This document shows, piece by piece, positions 51,645 to 64,000 of a stretch of 64,000 nucleotides of DNA. Position numbers and translations under genes: made by a program. The notes beneath the pieces were generated by a model. That model saw only the letters and a program-made list of their open reading frames with translations, was not told the DNA's origin and made no database searches. How positions within the stretch are numbered: the first letter of the stretch is position 1; each line of letters starts with the position of its first letter. Origin of the DNA: Gnetum montanum (lineage: Eukaryota; Plantae; Gnetophyta); NCBI GenBank assembly GCA_015680685.1, contig MNCI01000668.1:842853-906852 (forward strand), in the 5' to 3' direction.

Positions 51645-52205
51645 GTGAAAGCTAAGAACACGGACCTACATATCTAAGACCTTACAGAATACATGGAGTT
51701 GGAAAACTTGTAGTATGCCAACCTTGCCATGTTAACAGCAGGGCGCCTGAGAACAGAGCTCGAGCAACAGGTAGCCACCACCTATACCAAATATGAAATA
51801 GAATTTCTAGAATGCAAGAAGATATTGCAAAAACTGGAGATTGAAAATTATGAACTTGAGGTGGTTAAAGCAAGTTATCAAGGATAAAAAGGTGTCACAA
51901 TAGATTTGGCTCGACGGCTTGCAGATTTCCAAGAATACAGAGACAAAGCTAGAGCCTACGAGGAGGAACGACAAGTGTTTGCAGCTTGGTATGTTAAGGC
52001 AAATCAAATGTTTCTGCAGCTACCCTGCCCATGGAAAGTGCTGACTCCATCAAACATTGGAACATTAGCATGGATGGTGCAAGACCCTTGAACTGAAGAG
52101 GAGAAACTCCAGGCTATACTTCAATGCCATCAAGTCCCAATACCTGGAGTGCAAGACAAGGGAAAAGCACCCATGGAGGAGCCACCACCACCAGGAACTA
52201 CATGA
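51645..52205 (+). pseudogene. 3' coiled-coil ORF of B (187 codons, 4 internal stops), preceded by a splice acceptor
   Basis: TTTACCCACTAG|GTG, then RLRTELEQQVATTYTKYEIEFLECKKILQKLEIENYELEVVKASY...LARRLADFQEYRDKARAYEEERQVFAAWY...QDKGKAPMEEPPPPGTT* in one frame. Confidence 0.75.
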
Positions 52206-52396
52206 GTTCCATCAATTTTGTAGCTAGAGGATTTTCTTTAGCATTCTTTGTGTTGTTTCTCCATTTTGTTTTGATTCCACACTGCGGCATGAACCCATTC
52301 TCACCGTTCAATAATCCCATACCTATCGACTGTGTAATCAATGAAGCTTGTTCTCACTATAACTCAAGGATAGGTTTTCATTCAGTTGTGGGGGTA

Positions 52397-53182
52397 TGAT
52401 GAGTTATCATTTTGTCCTACGATATTGCATACGCGATATCGTAGCCTGTCTCCTCATCTATAAATGAGAGGTAGACAACTCTAATAGGCCATTTTTAGTT
52501 CTTATTTTAAGTGTTAAGTTTTAAGTAGTTCTTCTCTCAATCCTTCTCTCCCAGTGTATGTCCGAGTGTGATGATTGTAATTGTACGACATCCTTATTCG
52601 AGTGTGACATACTTGGACATGCACATGACTAGAAATAAAGATCAAGATTACTTCATCATTGCAGCATTCACTTAGCTTAATTATTTATTTAATTATTATT
52701 TACTACTTTCTTAGTTAATATCTTCTTACCCAAAACTCTTGTTAAACATGGAATGAGTACGAATTGATTACGAGCATTTAAGTGTGACTACTTGGTAACC
52801 TAGTAGCGTACCTAGGATCTGCGCTTGGTAATCCTAGTGGTAGTCATGCATGAAGTTCAAGATGTGTACAGATGATTGAGGAACGAATGCTCATCGCACT
52901 TACGCTAGCTTAGATTCCCTCTTGACCTCTCTCTTAGCTTAGTTAATATTATTTTCCATTATCTCCAGGAGTAGCATTAGTATAGGAACACATCATACAC
53001 CTCATTCTAGACTAAACCATACGTGATAAAGTTAACACTAGTCCAGATGGAAAGACAACAAACTGCAACCTAAGGATAAGTGTCTTGATACCACAACTAG
53101 TCCGTCTGTATAGTTCGACTGGATTATGCATGAAACGCTTGTATTCATATGGTTGAGTATAGGGATACCTCGCCACTCATCA
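52397..53182 (+). repeat. 3' LTR of B
   Basis: TG...CA termini; followed by TSD AACAT. Confidence 0.96.
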
Positions 53183-53849
53183 AACATGGTCCATAAACAA
53201 TGGAAACTTTGTTCCTAGTATAAGCTCAATCCCTATGCAAGTCATTCTTCGTGAGTAGCCCCATGGTTCATGCTTAATATCTCATGGTGTATCTTATCCC
53301 ATGTTCCCAATTAAGGAAGATGGAAAGCCTCAAGTTTGTCATGAAATAACATATTGAGCTAACAATATGCTTAGTATAAACCAATATAATGTATTACTTT
53401 TCAATTGAAAAGCTAACAAACTCTATCCATGGGACAAAATCTCATCATCCAACATTCACTCTATTTGTGTTCACATGAAATACATTATATATAAAAATTT
53501 TAAAAATATTTTAAAAACTAAAGTTCCCAAGACTCATACCACAAAACAAGTCAAACCTTCGTTGATTTAAATCAATGAAGCCTAAATACCATGAAGGATA
53601 TGTTGCCATAGATACTATCAAAGACTTGATAACAATAATGAACAATACCATGCATAAGTATTAATAAAAATATAATGTATGGCTCATAGTACTTGTCACT
53701 CAATACTTGTAGGAAGATAAAGACAACAAAGCTATTAACCTATCATAATAAGGAGCATAAAGGTTAGATAATCTCATAAGGTCTCATTTGAAACAGGTTC
53801 ATGATTAGGTTAAATTCAACATGCTGAGAAGAAGCATCAGTTAAGATAA

Positions 53850-56800
53850 TTGTTTCACCATCAAAGAAGGGCTATTGTCAAAAATAATGTTTAAGCCATT
53901 CATCATTCACACATAAAGACTCAAAACTATAAGGCTTAGAAATGTCAATAGCACCATTACCTAAACCTTAATAACCTTAAAAGTATCCTTCTATTTTGAT
54001 ACTAATTTCCCATGAAAATTCTTAAGCCTCATATTAAATAATAATACTGAATCATCTTCTAAGAATAGCTTTTGCATAATCTTTTAATCATGTCACATCT
54101 TTAATTGTTTCTTATACAAACGTTGCCTATCTAGAGCATGCATATGATCTTCATCTAAATGGTTTAGAGAAAATAAGTGGGTAGAAAGACATAAGTCCAA
54201 GTTCATTTTCAATTAATGCTACATTTGAAAGGACTTGTTTTGTATCAAAGAAGGAACAAGGCATTGCTTACAGAATACTAGTTCATATGCAATAAAGCTA
54301 AGAGATGACTTATATGATGTACGAATAGCCCACAATGCATCAAGTAATCAATAAGAAAAATCTATTTTATTCTTTTCCACAACTTTCTACAAAATTTTTT
54401 TAATTTCCATATTCATACTTTCAACTAAATCTTTTGATTGAGGATGATAGGTAGTAGTAATATGATGTGTGATTCCCATTTTGTGTAGCAATTTCTTGAT
54501 TAAATCATTAACAAAATGTGTACCCAAAACATTAATTAGGATTCATGGGTGCCCAAAGCATGGAATTAAGTCTTCTCTTAAGAAGCTAACTATCATTTTT
54601 ACACCATCATGCCTAGTTTTTTTTCCAAAATCTATTTGGTAACATAATAAATAAAAACTAAGATATACTTATAGGATTTTCTTGAAGGTAATGGACCCAT
54701 GAAATCAATGCTCCAACAATTGAAGGGCTCACAATGCATCAAGATAGGAAACAATAACATGTCTTGTCATCTTGTGAGTCCTCCCATTTGCTATCATTAA
54801 TCACATCTCTTACAATATGCATAAGTATCTTTAAATAAAGTGGGGTGATAAAAACTAGCATGGAGGATTTTATATGAAATTTTCTTACCTACAAAGTTAC
54901 CTTCACACACTCTATCATGGTTGAAAGAAATTGCCTCTTACTTTTCTTATTCTAGTAGACATTTTTGAATGATTTGATCTTTGCAAATCTTATACATAAA
55001 TGGATCTTCCGTTATGTCTTGATGATGAAGGTCTCTTTCTATCCTTTAGTTGAAGACTTTGGTAGATTGCATAGAACTAATTAATTAGCAATATTTACAT
55101 ACCAAGGATCTAGAACATTAGGAATAATAACCTTAGCCCAATAAGAAAATAGTTGTACATCTAAAAATGAATCATTAAAAATGTGAGATGTCTCCAAATC
55201 TTTATTATGCTCCAACTTGGATAAATGATTTGTCACTAAATTTTTAGATCCCTTCTTATCATGAATCATCAAATTGAACTCTTGGATCAAAAGAAACCAA
55301 TGAATTAATCTTGGACTTTTAGTTAATTTATTATGCAAATATTTAATAGTAGCATGATTAGTAAATACTATAGTACAAAACTAATTAAATAATGGTGAAA
55401 TTTATCTAAACTATATACAACTACTAACATATCTTTTTTAGTAGTAGTATAATTAATTTCAGTAGGTGCTAATGTCTTAAAAATATTATAAATAACATAT
55501 GGAATATTATCTTTACCCTGATCCAATACAACTCCAATTGCAAAATCTAAGGCATTTGTCATAAGCTCAAAATATTTGCTCCAATCAAGTCCTTGTAATA
55601 TCGATACTAAAGAAAGCTATAATTTTAAGGTTTCAAATGCAATTTGGAAATATTTAGTCCACTTGAAAACAATGTCTTTTTGTAACAATTTTACCAATGG
55701 TTGTGTAATCAATGAAAAATCTTTGATGGATCGTCTTTGAAAACCAACATTTCCCACGAATGCATGCAAATCATTCACATTAGTGGGAGGAGTAAGATGG
55801 AAAATAACTTTTATTTTTTAAATATCTTCTAAAATTTCTTTTATACTCATAATGTAGCCTAACATAATACCATAAGAGAACATGAAATGACACTTTTCCA
55901 AAGATAATTTTAGATCCTTATCAATACACCTATGAAATACTAATTCAAGATAATGTAAGGTATCAAAGAATGAATCACCATATATTGAAAAATTATCCAT
56001 GAAAATGTTAAGAAATGAATTGATCATATCTAAAAAAATATATGTCATAGCCCCTTGAAATGTAGCAGGAGCATTACACAACCGAAAGGGCATATGTTGA
56101 AATGCAAAAGTCCTCCATGGTGTAGTAAATGTTATTTTATGTTGATCTTACAAGGCAATTAAAATCTAATTATAATCGCTAAAATCATTAAGAAAATAAT
56201 AAAATTCATGCCTTTGAAATGTTTCTAAAACTTAATATAAATATGTAAGTGGAAAGTGGTCCTTGCTTTTCCATTTATTTAATTCATAAAAATCAATACA
56301 AACTTAGCACTTATTAGACTTTTTAGACACAACTGTAATAGGACTAACCTAATCAGAATTATAAATCAAATAAATAATACCTACTAAAATAATTTTAAAA
56401 GTTTATCTTTTACCACTTGTTTCAAATTTGGATTTAGCCTCCTACATATTTGCTACTATGATCTATCCTTAGCCTTGAAATGAATATGATGTTGAACAAT
56501 GGATGGAGAAATTCTTTACTTATGATCCAAAGGTGACCAAGTAAAAGATTCAAGAGAATTTGTTAAAACATGTATCAATCTCTGCTCTTGATCAATAACT
56601 AAGCTTGAACATATAATAAAAGGGTTTATTTCTCTTAGCATAAATGCATTTTAAGTGATAAGGAAGTTTCTGTAAATCTAAAGTTACCTTCTTACCACTT
56701 ATAATAGAAGAATAATTTACTACTTTAAACAAATCCTTACCATCTGAAGCACCCTCCACCTAAGTACATATGAGCTATCTTTGATCATCCTTAGTTACAT

Positions 56801-58820
56801 CTTTATATTCATCCAATTTTAATACCTAATATATCTCATCCTAATCACATAATTCTAAAGAAATGATGTTTTCTACCATAGAATTGATCATATTAAGCTC
56901 ATCAAATTAAAATTGGTTATCAAGGTTATATAAAATGACTAAAAATTTCTTATTTTCAAATGTTAAAGTCATCAATCCAATTTTCACATAAATAACAACA
57001 TCCATGATTACCAACATAGGCTTGCCTAAAATTAAAGGAAAAAAAATATTCAATGAAGATGTATAATAATCTAATATAATGAAATCATTAGGGTACAAAG
57101 CCTTATCTACTCGAACCAATATATCCTTAGTAACACCTTTTAGATAAATAGTAGATCCATCAGCCAAGGAAATGGTAATATTGATAGGTATAGTATGATC
57201 ATAAACCAATGACTGATAAATCTAAAATGACAAAATATTTACACTAGCCCCTAGATCTAGTAAGGCATGATGAAATTTCCTATTATGAATCATACAAGTA
57301 ATCCTAGGACTACCAAGATCTATTATCTTTTTAGGCATCCTAGAAGGCTAACATGCTTAGGTATTTTAATTTTCTTTTTCATAGAACAAAGTTCCTTAAG
57401 GTATTTAGAATTTTTGGGGAGGGGGTATCTTTAATAGCTGTTAATAATGAGACATGTAGGGTGACATCTTTAAAAAGATTCTTAAGTTGCAAAGATTCTT
57501 TCAGATTATTTCCCTAATTCTTTGTTCTCAATAGTCCTTTGAAAAGGAGTATGAAGATCAATAACTCTTCTGCTTCCTATCACTACATTGCATTGGTCAC
57601 TATTAGATGATGAAACCATATGTAATTATTTTCTTCCTTGATACTAAAGATTTCTTTTTATTTATGTTGAAATGTGTCCTTATGTTGTAAGGCTTAAATA
57701 AGCTTAATTCATTGATCATTTTGTTGTTGCAAAGTATGTTGTAAGTTTTTATTTTATTATAGCATTTACTTTTAAAATTCATGATTTTAATTAGGTCTCC
57801 AAGAATGGTTCAAATTGTTATTATAATTTGGATAATTAGACTAAAATGGAGGATGTGACTAGTAATTTTGGATATGATTGGGATTCCAACTGCTACTTTG
57901 TAAAGTTTCACTTCTTCCCTATCCACATTGACTACCTACAACATTAGCTTGTTTTTTATAAAGGATAAAATGGAACAATCATGAACAGTGTGGTCCATCT
58001 CCTCAAAAGTTACACAAGCATAAGGAAAATTCATATATTTAGCCTGCAGTTGGTTAGTTTTGTAATTTCCCTCATTCATACAAATTGATGACATTTGTTG
58101 TGGACACTAGAAGGATTGGCCTTGAACATTAGCATTAGATGACATAGATAAGGATGATAATTTATTATTAACCTCCTCAATTTTTTTTTTGCCAAAATTA
58201 TCATGACTATATGTTCTAACATATTGATTTTTTTATTCATAGGCCAACTTTTGCGCTAATCGACTATTTGATCTAATACATCAATACCTACCTCCAATGT
58301 AATTCTTATAATCATATGACCATAAGAAAAATTAATATTCTACCATGTGACAAGTATCAAACCATTAAGAAAAAAATCCTAACAATTAACATTTTGAAAA
58401 ATCATGATCAAGGTTCCTTGCCTTGATGTCTTTAGAATGCTTCTAGGCCTATTCTTAAGTTTCATTTTCTTTTTGTTGAAAGCCTAAAAGTTTTTTCTTA
58501 TATTGATGGGATTTTGTAAAGGATATTAATAAATTTTAAAAGTCATCCTTAAAACTTTTTCAAGAATGAATAGAATATTATTTTAACAATCTATATCATG
58601 ATAACACATGATATTGAAATGTAAGAGAAAAGACACTTATTTTAGTACGTTCCATAAAGTTATATGACTATATGGATGTTCATCTTCTATATCATAGAAC
58701 TGTGAAAATGCTAATAATTTTTTAATCTCAACATCTTGTCCAACATGCAACAAAATGAAGGAAAGAGTAGCTATTAATGTCCTCCCCATTAAATCTTTTA
58801 ATGAAAGTTGATTAGGCATT
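53850..58820 (-). pseudogene. gag-pol: gag-pol of D
   Basis: Gag FSQFYDIEDEHPYSHI. PR HALLDLGASVNIL...ISLADGSTIYLKG...PLILGKP. RT MPFRLCNAPATFQ..FMDNFSIYG. RH NALDFAIGVVL..NYTTTKKDMLVVVYSLDKF, PRLIHWFLLIQEF. Decayed INT follows. Confidence 0.92.
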
Positions 58821-60201
58821 CCTTGATAAGGAACTTAATTTTGAAATTGTAAAAAATTGATTGTCTGGAGGTACTAAATGATGAGGCAATGGGTGTGGTA
58901 GTTGGTGCAATCCTTGATGTGGAATTTATGATTGAGGAATATATTGTGTTTGAGAAGCCTACACATTGAATATTAGTTGGACACTTTGAGGAATATGCAT
59001 CAATGATTGAGTATTATAATAGGGTTGTTGGGGTACTTACATAAATGTAGTGTGATATGGTGCTAGTGTTAGAATAGTTATATTATAAGGCATAGGAATA
59101 GGTTGTGGATTAAAAGGAATGGTACGTTGTCTTATCGGTTGATGAATCTGAGCTACATTAGGATAATTCATACATATAGTAGGTTGTCCTAATTAAGAAA
59201 CTATCAAAGAAATATTTGATGTGATAGGTACTTTTGTTGTAACAAGAAGAGAGTGAGAAATTGATTAATTAGGTAACAATGGCCATGTATGTTGGGTAGT
59301 GTGTGTCAAAGAATTCAACAAAGTCTATTTATTGGCTTGTAAATGTTGTTGATGTAATTATTATTGATAAAAAATATCAAAAGCATTCTTAGGAGTATTA
59401 GCATAGTACATAGCATTAACTTGTAAAAGAATAGATTGAGGATAAGGGGATGGACAAGCTATTTATGTAGACAAAGATAAAGTTTAATTGTGTGGATGGA
59501 GAAGAACCCAATTAACTCCTAGAATTTAAAACTAATATACCAAATTCAAATTCAGTAGGCATACTGATAGTTATGGATACTTGATTAGGTTAGGTAGCAT
59601 GAGAAAATAAGGTTGAAAACTAACTCCCACCTATAGCAACAATAACTGGAATATTAAGTCTATCCAACACATGAATTCTTGTGCCTATACTTGTAAGTGT
59701 TTTTGGATCTACTTGTGAAATTGGTGGTTCTTCCTATTGGAATGAACTTTGCCTTCTTCGCCCTTGGAATTCCATGATGAAGATGATTCTTATGATGACA
59801 TTGAAAGATTTTTAGTCCTTTCCTTGTGTACATATGAAGAACAAAAAATATCACATACTAATATTTGACCTTTCTCATAGATCCAAATCATAAACTTAGA
59901 AAGAAATAACAAAGAAAGAATAGATAAAATCAAAAGAACAATAAAATCAGAATCTATTGTAAGAATTATTGATTATGAAAGATTGCTTCATCAAGCATTA
60001 GTATTTCTAAATTAATAAGAAACATCTACACATCAATCAAAATTTCTTAAAATTGTAGTAATTGTAACATACAAAAATTGAAAGATTGATTCAAATTCAT
60101 CTAAATTAGTAAAATAATGAAAAACAAAAAAAAAAAGATAACGAAATTTCAAATCTAGAAAAATATCACCATAACCCATGGCTATTAAAACAATGCCAAA
60201 A

Positions 60202-61156
60202 TGTTAAGTTATTTATTCTTATGTTCTTGCATTGTAGAATACAAGAATTAATCAAATGGAGGACTACAAGTTATAGGAGGGTAATTTTACCAAAATCATG
60301 TTGAAGAATACTTAACATTCATTCACTATTAATAAAGAAAAGACTTTATTATCATTAAAATTAAAAACTAATAATCTCATTAAAATAGTATCATTCAACT
60401 TAATTCTAAAACTTCAAATTCTCTGAGTATCTATCTATATATTATCTCTCTGTATATCTCTCCATATATCTCTATATCTCCTTTGTATTTCCTATTATAA
60501 TTCCTCTTCAATCTAATGTGAAAAATGCTTTAGTAGATGGTTGCAATAACATTTGGCTAATTATTATGACCTAGGTATGAGTCATAGCTAGGTTGCAGCT
60601 ATCTACTCAAAGTAGAATTATCTAGCTAATCAACTCCTATGAGGGACTATGATCATCAGTCTCAGTTAACCATTTCCAAGAGTCGAGTATTTAAATCCTA
60701 ATGGTCAAGTAAACAAATTAAGTAAAAAGGTCCATAATAACTATGACATGGTTACAAGTTGCAAGGACTCACATTGATGGATTCACATTTCTATTACAAA
60801 ATAAGTTTCAAGTGGCTACAAATTACATTTGAACGAAAACTCTATGCTATGGGCTCATGTGGGTTGCATGAGCATGCAGTACCTTGTCTAACTTAGATAG
60901 AACCTTTTGTGCTACCACCATCTCCTTTAAAATTTAATTCCACTTGCTCTTCAGTCCTTTGTCTTCTAAAAATTAACTCATGAAATTATAGGATAGGAAT
61001 TATTCCATTGATAGGTTCGAAAATCATTGGAAATCAAATTCTAAGTTAAGACTTTGAACTGTGGGTGGCTACAAGTTGCATGAGCTCATAGCTACCCACC
61101 ATAGTCTAAAAAATGGAGGAAACCAAGAGCAAGAAGCATTAATTCACATCCTAACA
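60202..61156 (-). repeat. 5' LTR of D
   Basis: Repeat of 25228-26156; followed by TSD CTATG. Confidence 0.92.
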
Positions 61157-62597
61157 CTATGATTTAGTAAGTTAAATCCATAGAGAATCATAATTCGATA
61201 ATTTTCTCTCATAAGGGGGTACACTGATGCATCCCCTACATTAGAGCAAGGCATCAACACCCTTATGTTAGTGCACCCACTAAGCTAACAGACCCATATA
61301 AAGTAGGAGGTAGATCCAAAATCATATTTCACATCAGTGTCTTTCCTATCAATTTTTTCTTGCCCTACATGCCCAAAACAAACAAAAATTCAACAGATTT
61401 TTGTCAAAGATTGGATTCTAGTGATTATTTTACAAACTTTTCTTTCTTGTCCTTCCTGTCGGTGTTATTAGTGTGGTTCAAGCCTAGGATCTTGTCACTT
61501 AATCATGAGGAAGAGGCATAAAATGTGGAATTTGGAAAATTCCAAAATATAAGCAATAATAAATTATTTTCCAACAATAAGGTAACATATATCCACAAAG
61601 GATCCAATGGTCAACCTATAGGTCAAAGCCATTAAGAGAGCACTATAATGAGTTACATGTCCAATAATGCATTTCAAGAAAAAATAAAAAATAATAAATG
61701 GAATAAACCTCATATGTGCATTAACATGTCTTAACAATATTCTTAACTTATTCAAAAATCATAAAATAAAATAAAATATAAAAAATATAATTTTAAACAT
61801 TAATAAAGTACCAATAATGGATCATCACCATCCTTCTGGCTTGTCCACACTTAGGAACAATGAGAGTTAGCAAAGATAATTATAAAATATATTCAAATAA
61901 AAATAAAAGATATAAAAATATAAAAATACCAAAGTATCACATGCAAACAAAGGGTTAAGATATCAAATATTAAGATATATAATTATTACGAGATCTGAAT
62001 CTCAAGCCTTAATAACATAAAGAAGATGTATTAGCATTTATTAACAAGGTGACATATAGCAAAATATACCATTATAATTAGAGAATAAGCATAGCAATAA
62101 ATAACAAATCAAACATTTCAAGTTACAAATGACATGGTGTTACATTATTGGTAGAACATCAATGTTTTATCAACTACTTTGTAGTCTAGAGTTATTATTT
62201 CAAGTTTCACCTTTATCAATGCTACCATGAGTATCGATGGCACTTAGTAGTCAAGTGACAACATAATGTTACCTTTCAAGTTACCCCACTATATTTTGTT
62301 CATCTTGATGAAGAATGAAAGTGTAATCAAGATAGTATGAATCTAGATGCTTGTATATCATTTTAATTATTGTGGTACTTCATCTTGATTCTTAACTATT
62401 CTATCATGTTAATTTATTGTATCATTAGCAAGTGGGGAATCTATCCTATGAGAAGAAGAAATTTTGTAATTGATAAGTGTGTATTGAAATCAAATATTAT
62501 TAATCTCAAATGATAATTCATTTTGGTTTCCAACAATAATACTTAAATAATTATAACTATCTAAAGCACTAACACTAGTTATTGGAAATCATGCTAA

Positions 62598-63115
62598 TGA
62601 GGAGTAGTAGAGTAGATTCTATGTCCAACCATACAAATCATAAGCATTAACATGAAATCTAGTCAAATTTTTTATACTCAAACTAGTTTAAATCTCTTGA
62701 ATAGCTAAGTGTTAGATCATTGATCATTGTCTTTTCAATCACACTTGTGTAGGCTTAGTTCATATAGTTAAGTATGATTGAGGTACATGATGAAAATATT
62801 ATTATTGGAATATTAAAATTCTAAACTAATTAATCTAAAGTCAAGAAATAATTTGATTCAATCCTAGGCATGAACCATCCATTCCCAACTTATCATAGGC
62901 ATCCTAAACATGCATCAAGGTTGCTGGTTACTAAGTGTCCATTGCTGGTATTACCAAACATTAATATTTTTATGCTCAAAGTTTGTCATGCTCATATGAT
63001 TTAATTAAGTGTAACAAAAGTTAAATTAATTAATTTAACTAAGTTCATGAAATTAAAAAATATGTAAAGTAAATTGCAATTAAGAAAACTATGGAGCTAA
63101 GCCAAGTACTACAAT
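62598..63115 (-). repeat. Partial old A-family LTR (3' half) with a decayed PBS
   Basis: TGAGGAGTAGTAG..CCAACCATACAAATC matches the family LTR end in reverse. CCATTCCCAACTTATC at 62879 matches 9459. Confidence 0.6.
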
Positions 63116-63985
63116 TAATGAAGTCTCAATAAGTTGGTTGCATTGATGCATGCTCATCAATGCATCCTTGTCAAAAAATCCTTGGATGCATTGGTGCATA
63201 TGCATTGACATTGATTCTCCCTAAACTTATATAAATGTGCACACCAACCACATTTATGGAACCTTTGGTTATTTTCATAGTGAAGCTCTTATAGTTTTCT
63301 TCTATCAGACATAGTGAAATATCCCTGTAAGTGTCCCCATCATGGATTAAATTAATTGTATGGAGTTTTATTTGAGTGCAATATGTACCTTGACACTCTT
63401 GCATGATGGAAATAAAATCAATATTTCTCCTTTCCATTACAGCACTTATATCAACATTAAGTTTACTATCAAGCATTTTACTTTATATGTAGTTTACTTT
63501 CCTATACTTAAGCATTTAATATTTTATTCCATATTTATGTGAATACAACCACTTCAAATATAATATACTAATGCTTGATAGTCCTAGTAGTAAATATTTG
63601 GTATACCCAACAATAAACACTTGGTAACCCAAGGGTGCTAATATAAGTTTATGATGTGTACAAAGTGAGAACGGATACTCTACATTTAGAATAGTGGGTC
63701 ATTAATTAGTTAAATTTTTATATTTTAATTACTTCTTCTCTTGATTATTTTAAAGATAAAAAATAATAGAATTATAAATACAAATATCTTACATCTCAAT
63801 CACACTTAGTCATATGAATGAAATTAGTACAAGAGATGATTGAGAAGACAACAACTAGTAACCTCATGTTTGACTATCTAGGATATAAGCCACTTAGGTA
63901 GAACGGGTTCATAGAATTTGATTGGGTCAAATGTACATGCTTGTGATTTGTATGGTTGGGTGTAGGAAATATCCACTGCTTATCA
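63116..63985 (+). repeat. 5' LTR of another A-family element; PBS TGGCATCGTT at 63987-63996; element continues beyond the window
   Basis: Starts TAATGAAG (from TGATGAAG). Ends TTTGTATGGTTGGGTGTAGGAAATATCCACTGCTTATCA, immediately followed by the Asp-type PBS. Confidence 0.7.
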
Positions 63986-64000
63986 TTGGCATCGTTTCTT

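Larger units (their letters stand above)
29241..53182 (+). mobile_element. Element B: non-autonomous gag-only LTR element (~5.9 kb without nested C)
   Basis: LTRs 29241-30030 and 52397-53182 (~90% by eye). TSD AACAT at 29236-29240 and 53183-53187. PBS 30032-30050, PPT GTGGGGGTA. No PR/RT/INT motif seen in its own internal sequence. Confidence 0.93.
25228..61156 (-). mobile_element. Element D: Athila-like Ty3/gypsy (~12 kb without nested B and C)
   Basis: LTRs 25228-26156 and 60202-61156 (TGTTAAG...CCTAACA on plus). TSD CTATG at 25223-25227 and 61157-61161. PBS relic TGGCATTGTT (minus, ~60187-60198). gag-PR-RT-RH-INT on minus plus a downstream extra ORF. Confidence 0.93.

Overview
This is eukaryotic, very probably large-genome plant, intergenic DNA made almost entirely of nested, decayed LTR retrotransposons. 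I find no host gene, RNA gene or CRISPR array. Elements resolved by eye: (A) a minus-strand Athila-like Ty3/gypsy (5' LTR 9155-10130; gag-PR 9030-6070; RT/RH 2950-1650), interrupted by a SIRE-like copia 3' end (~2961-5528) and by a related element's 3' LTR (855-1600); (E) a full-length Ty1/copia at 13578-19369 (TSD TACCT); and a three-level nest. The nest is (D) Athila-like, minus strand, 25228-61156 (TSD CTATG), containing (B) a gag-only relative of A at 29241-53182 (TSD AACAT), containing (C) an ~18 kb Tat/Ogre-type element at ~33524-51591. The main finding is in C. The ~5.4 kb interval between protease and RT looks like a sense-strand intron. It carries a decayed antisense gene of 8-9 exons and ~1,050 codons, with five consecutive phase-preserving GT-AG introns, branch points and poly(A) signals. 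C also has a 5' end extended by ~930 bp of duplicated 3'-UTR, a long tRNA-Asn PBS, and an inverted piece of its own LTR end inside RT. All coding regions are pseudogenised, mostly by C>T/G>A transitions. Identities quoted are manual estimates.
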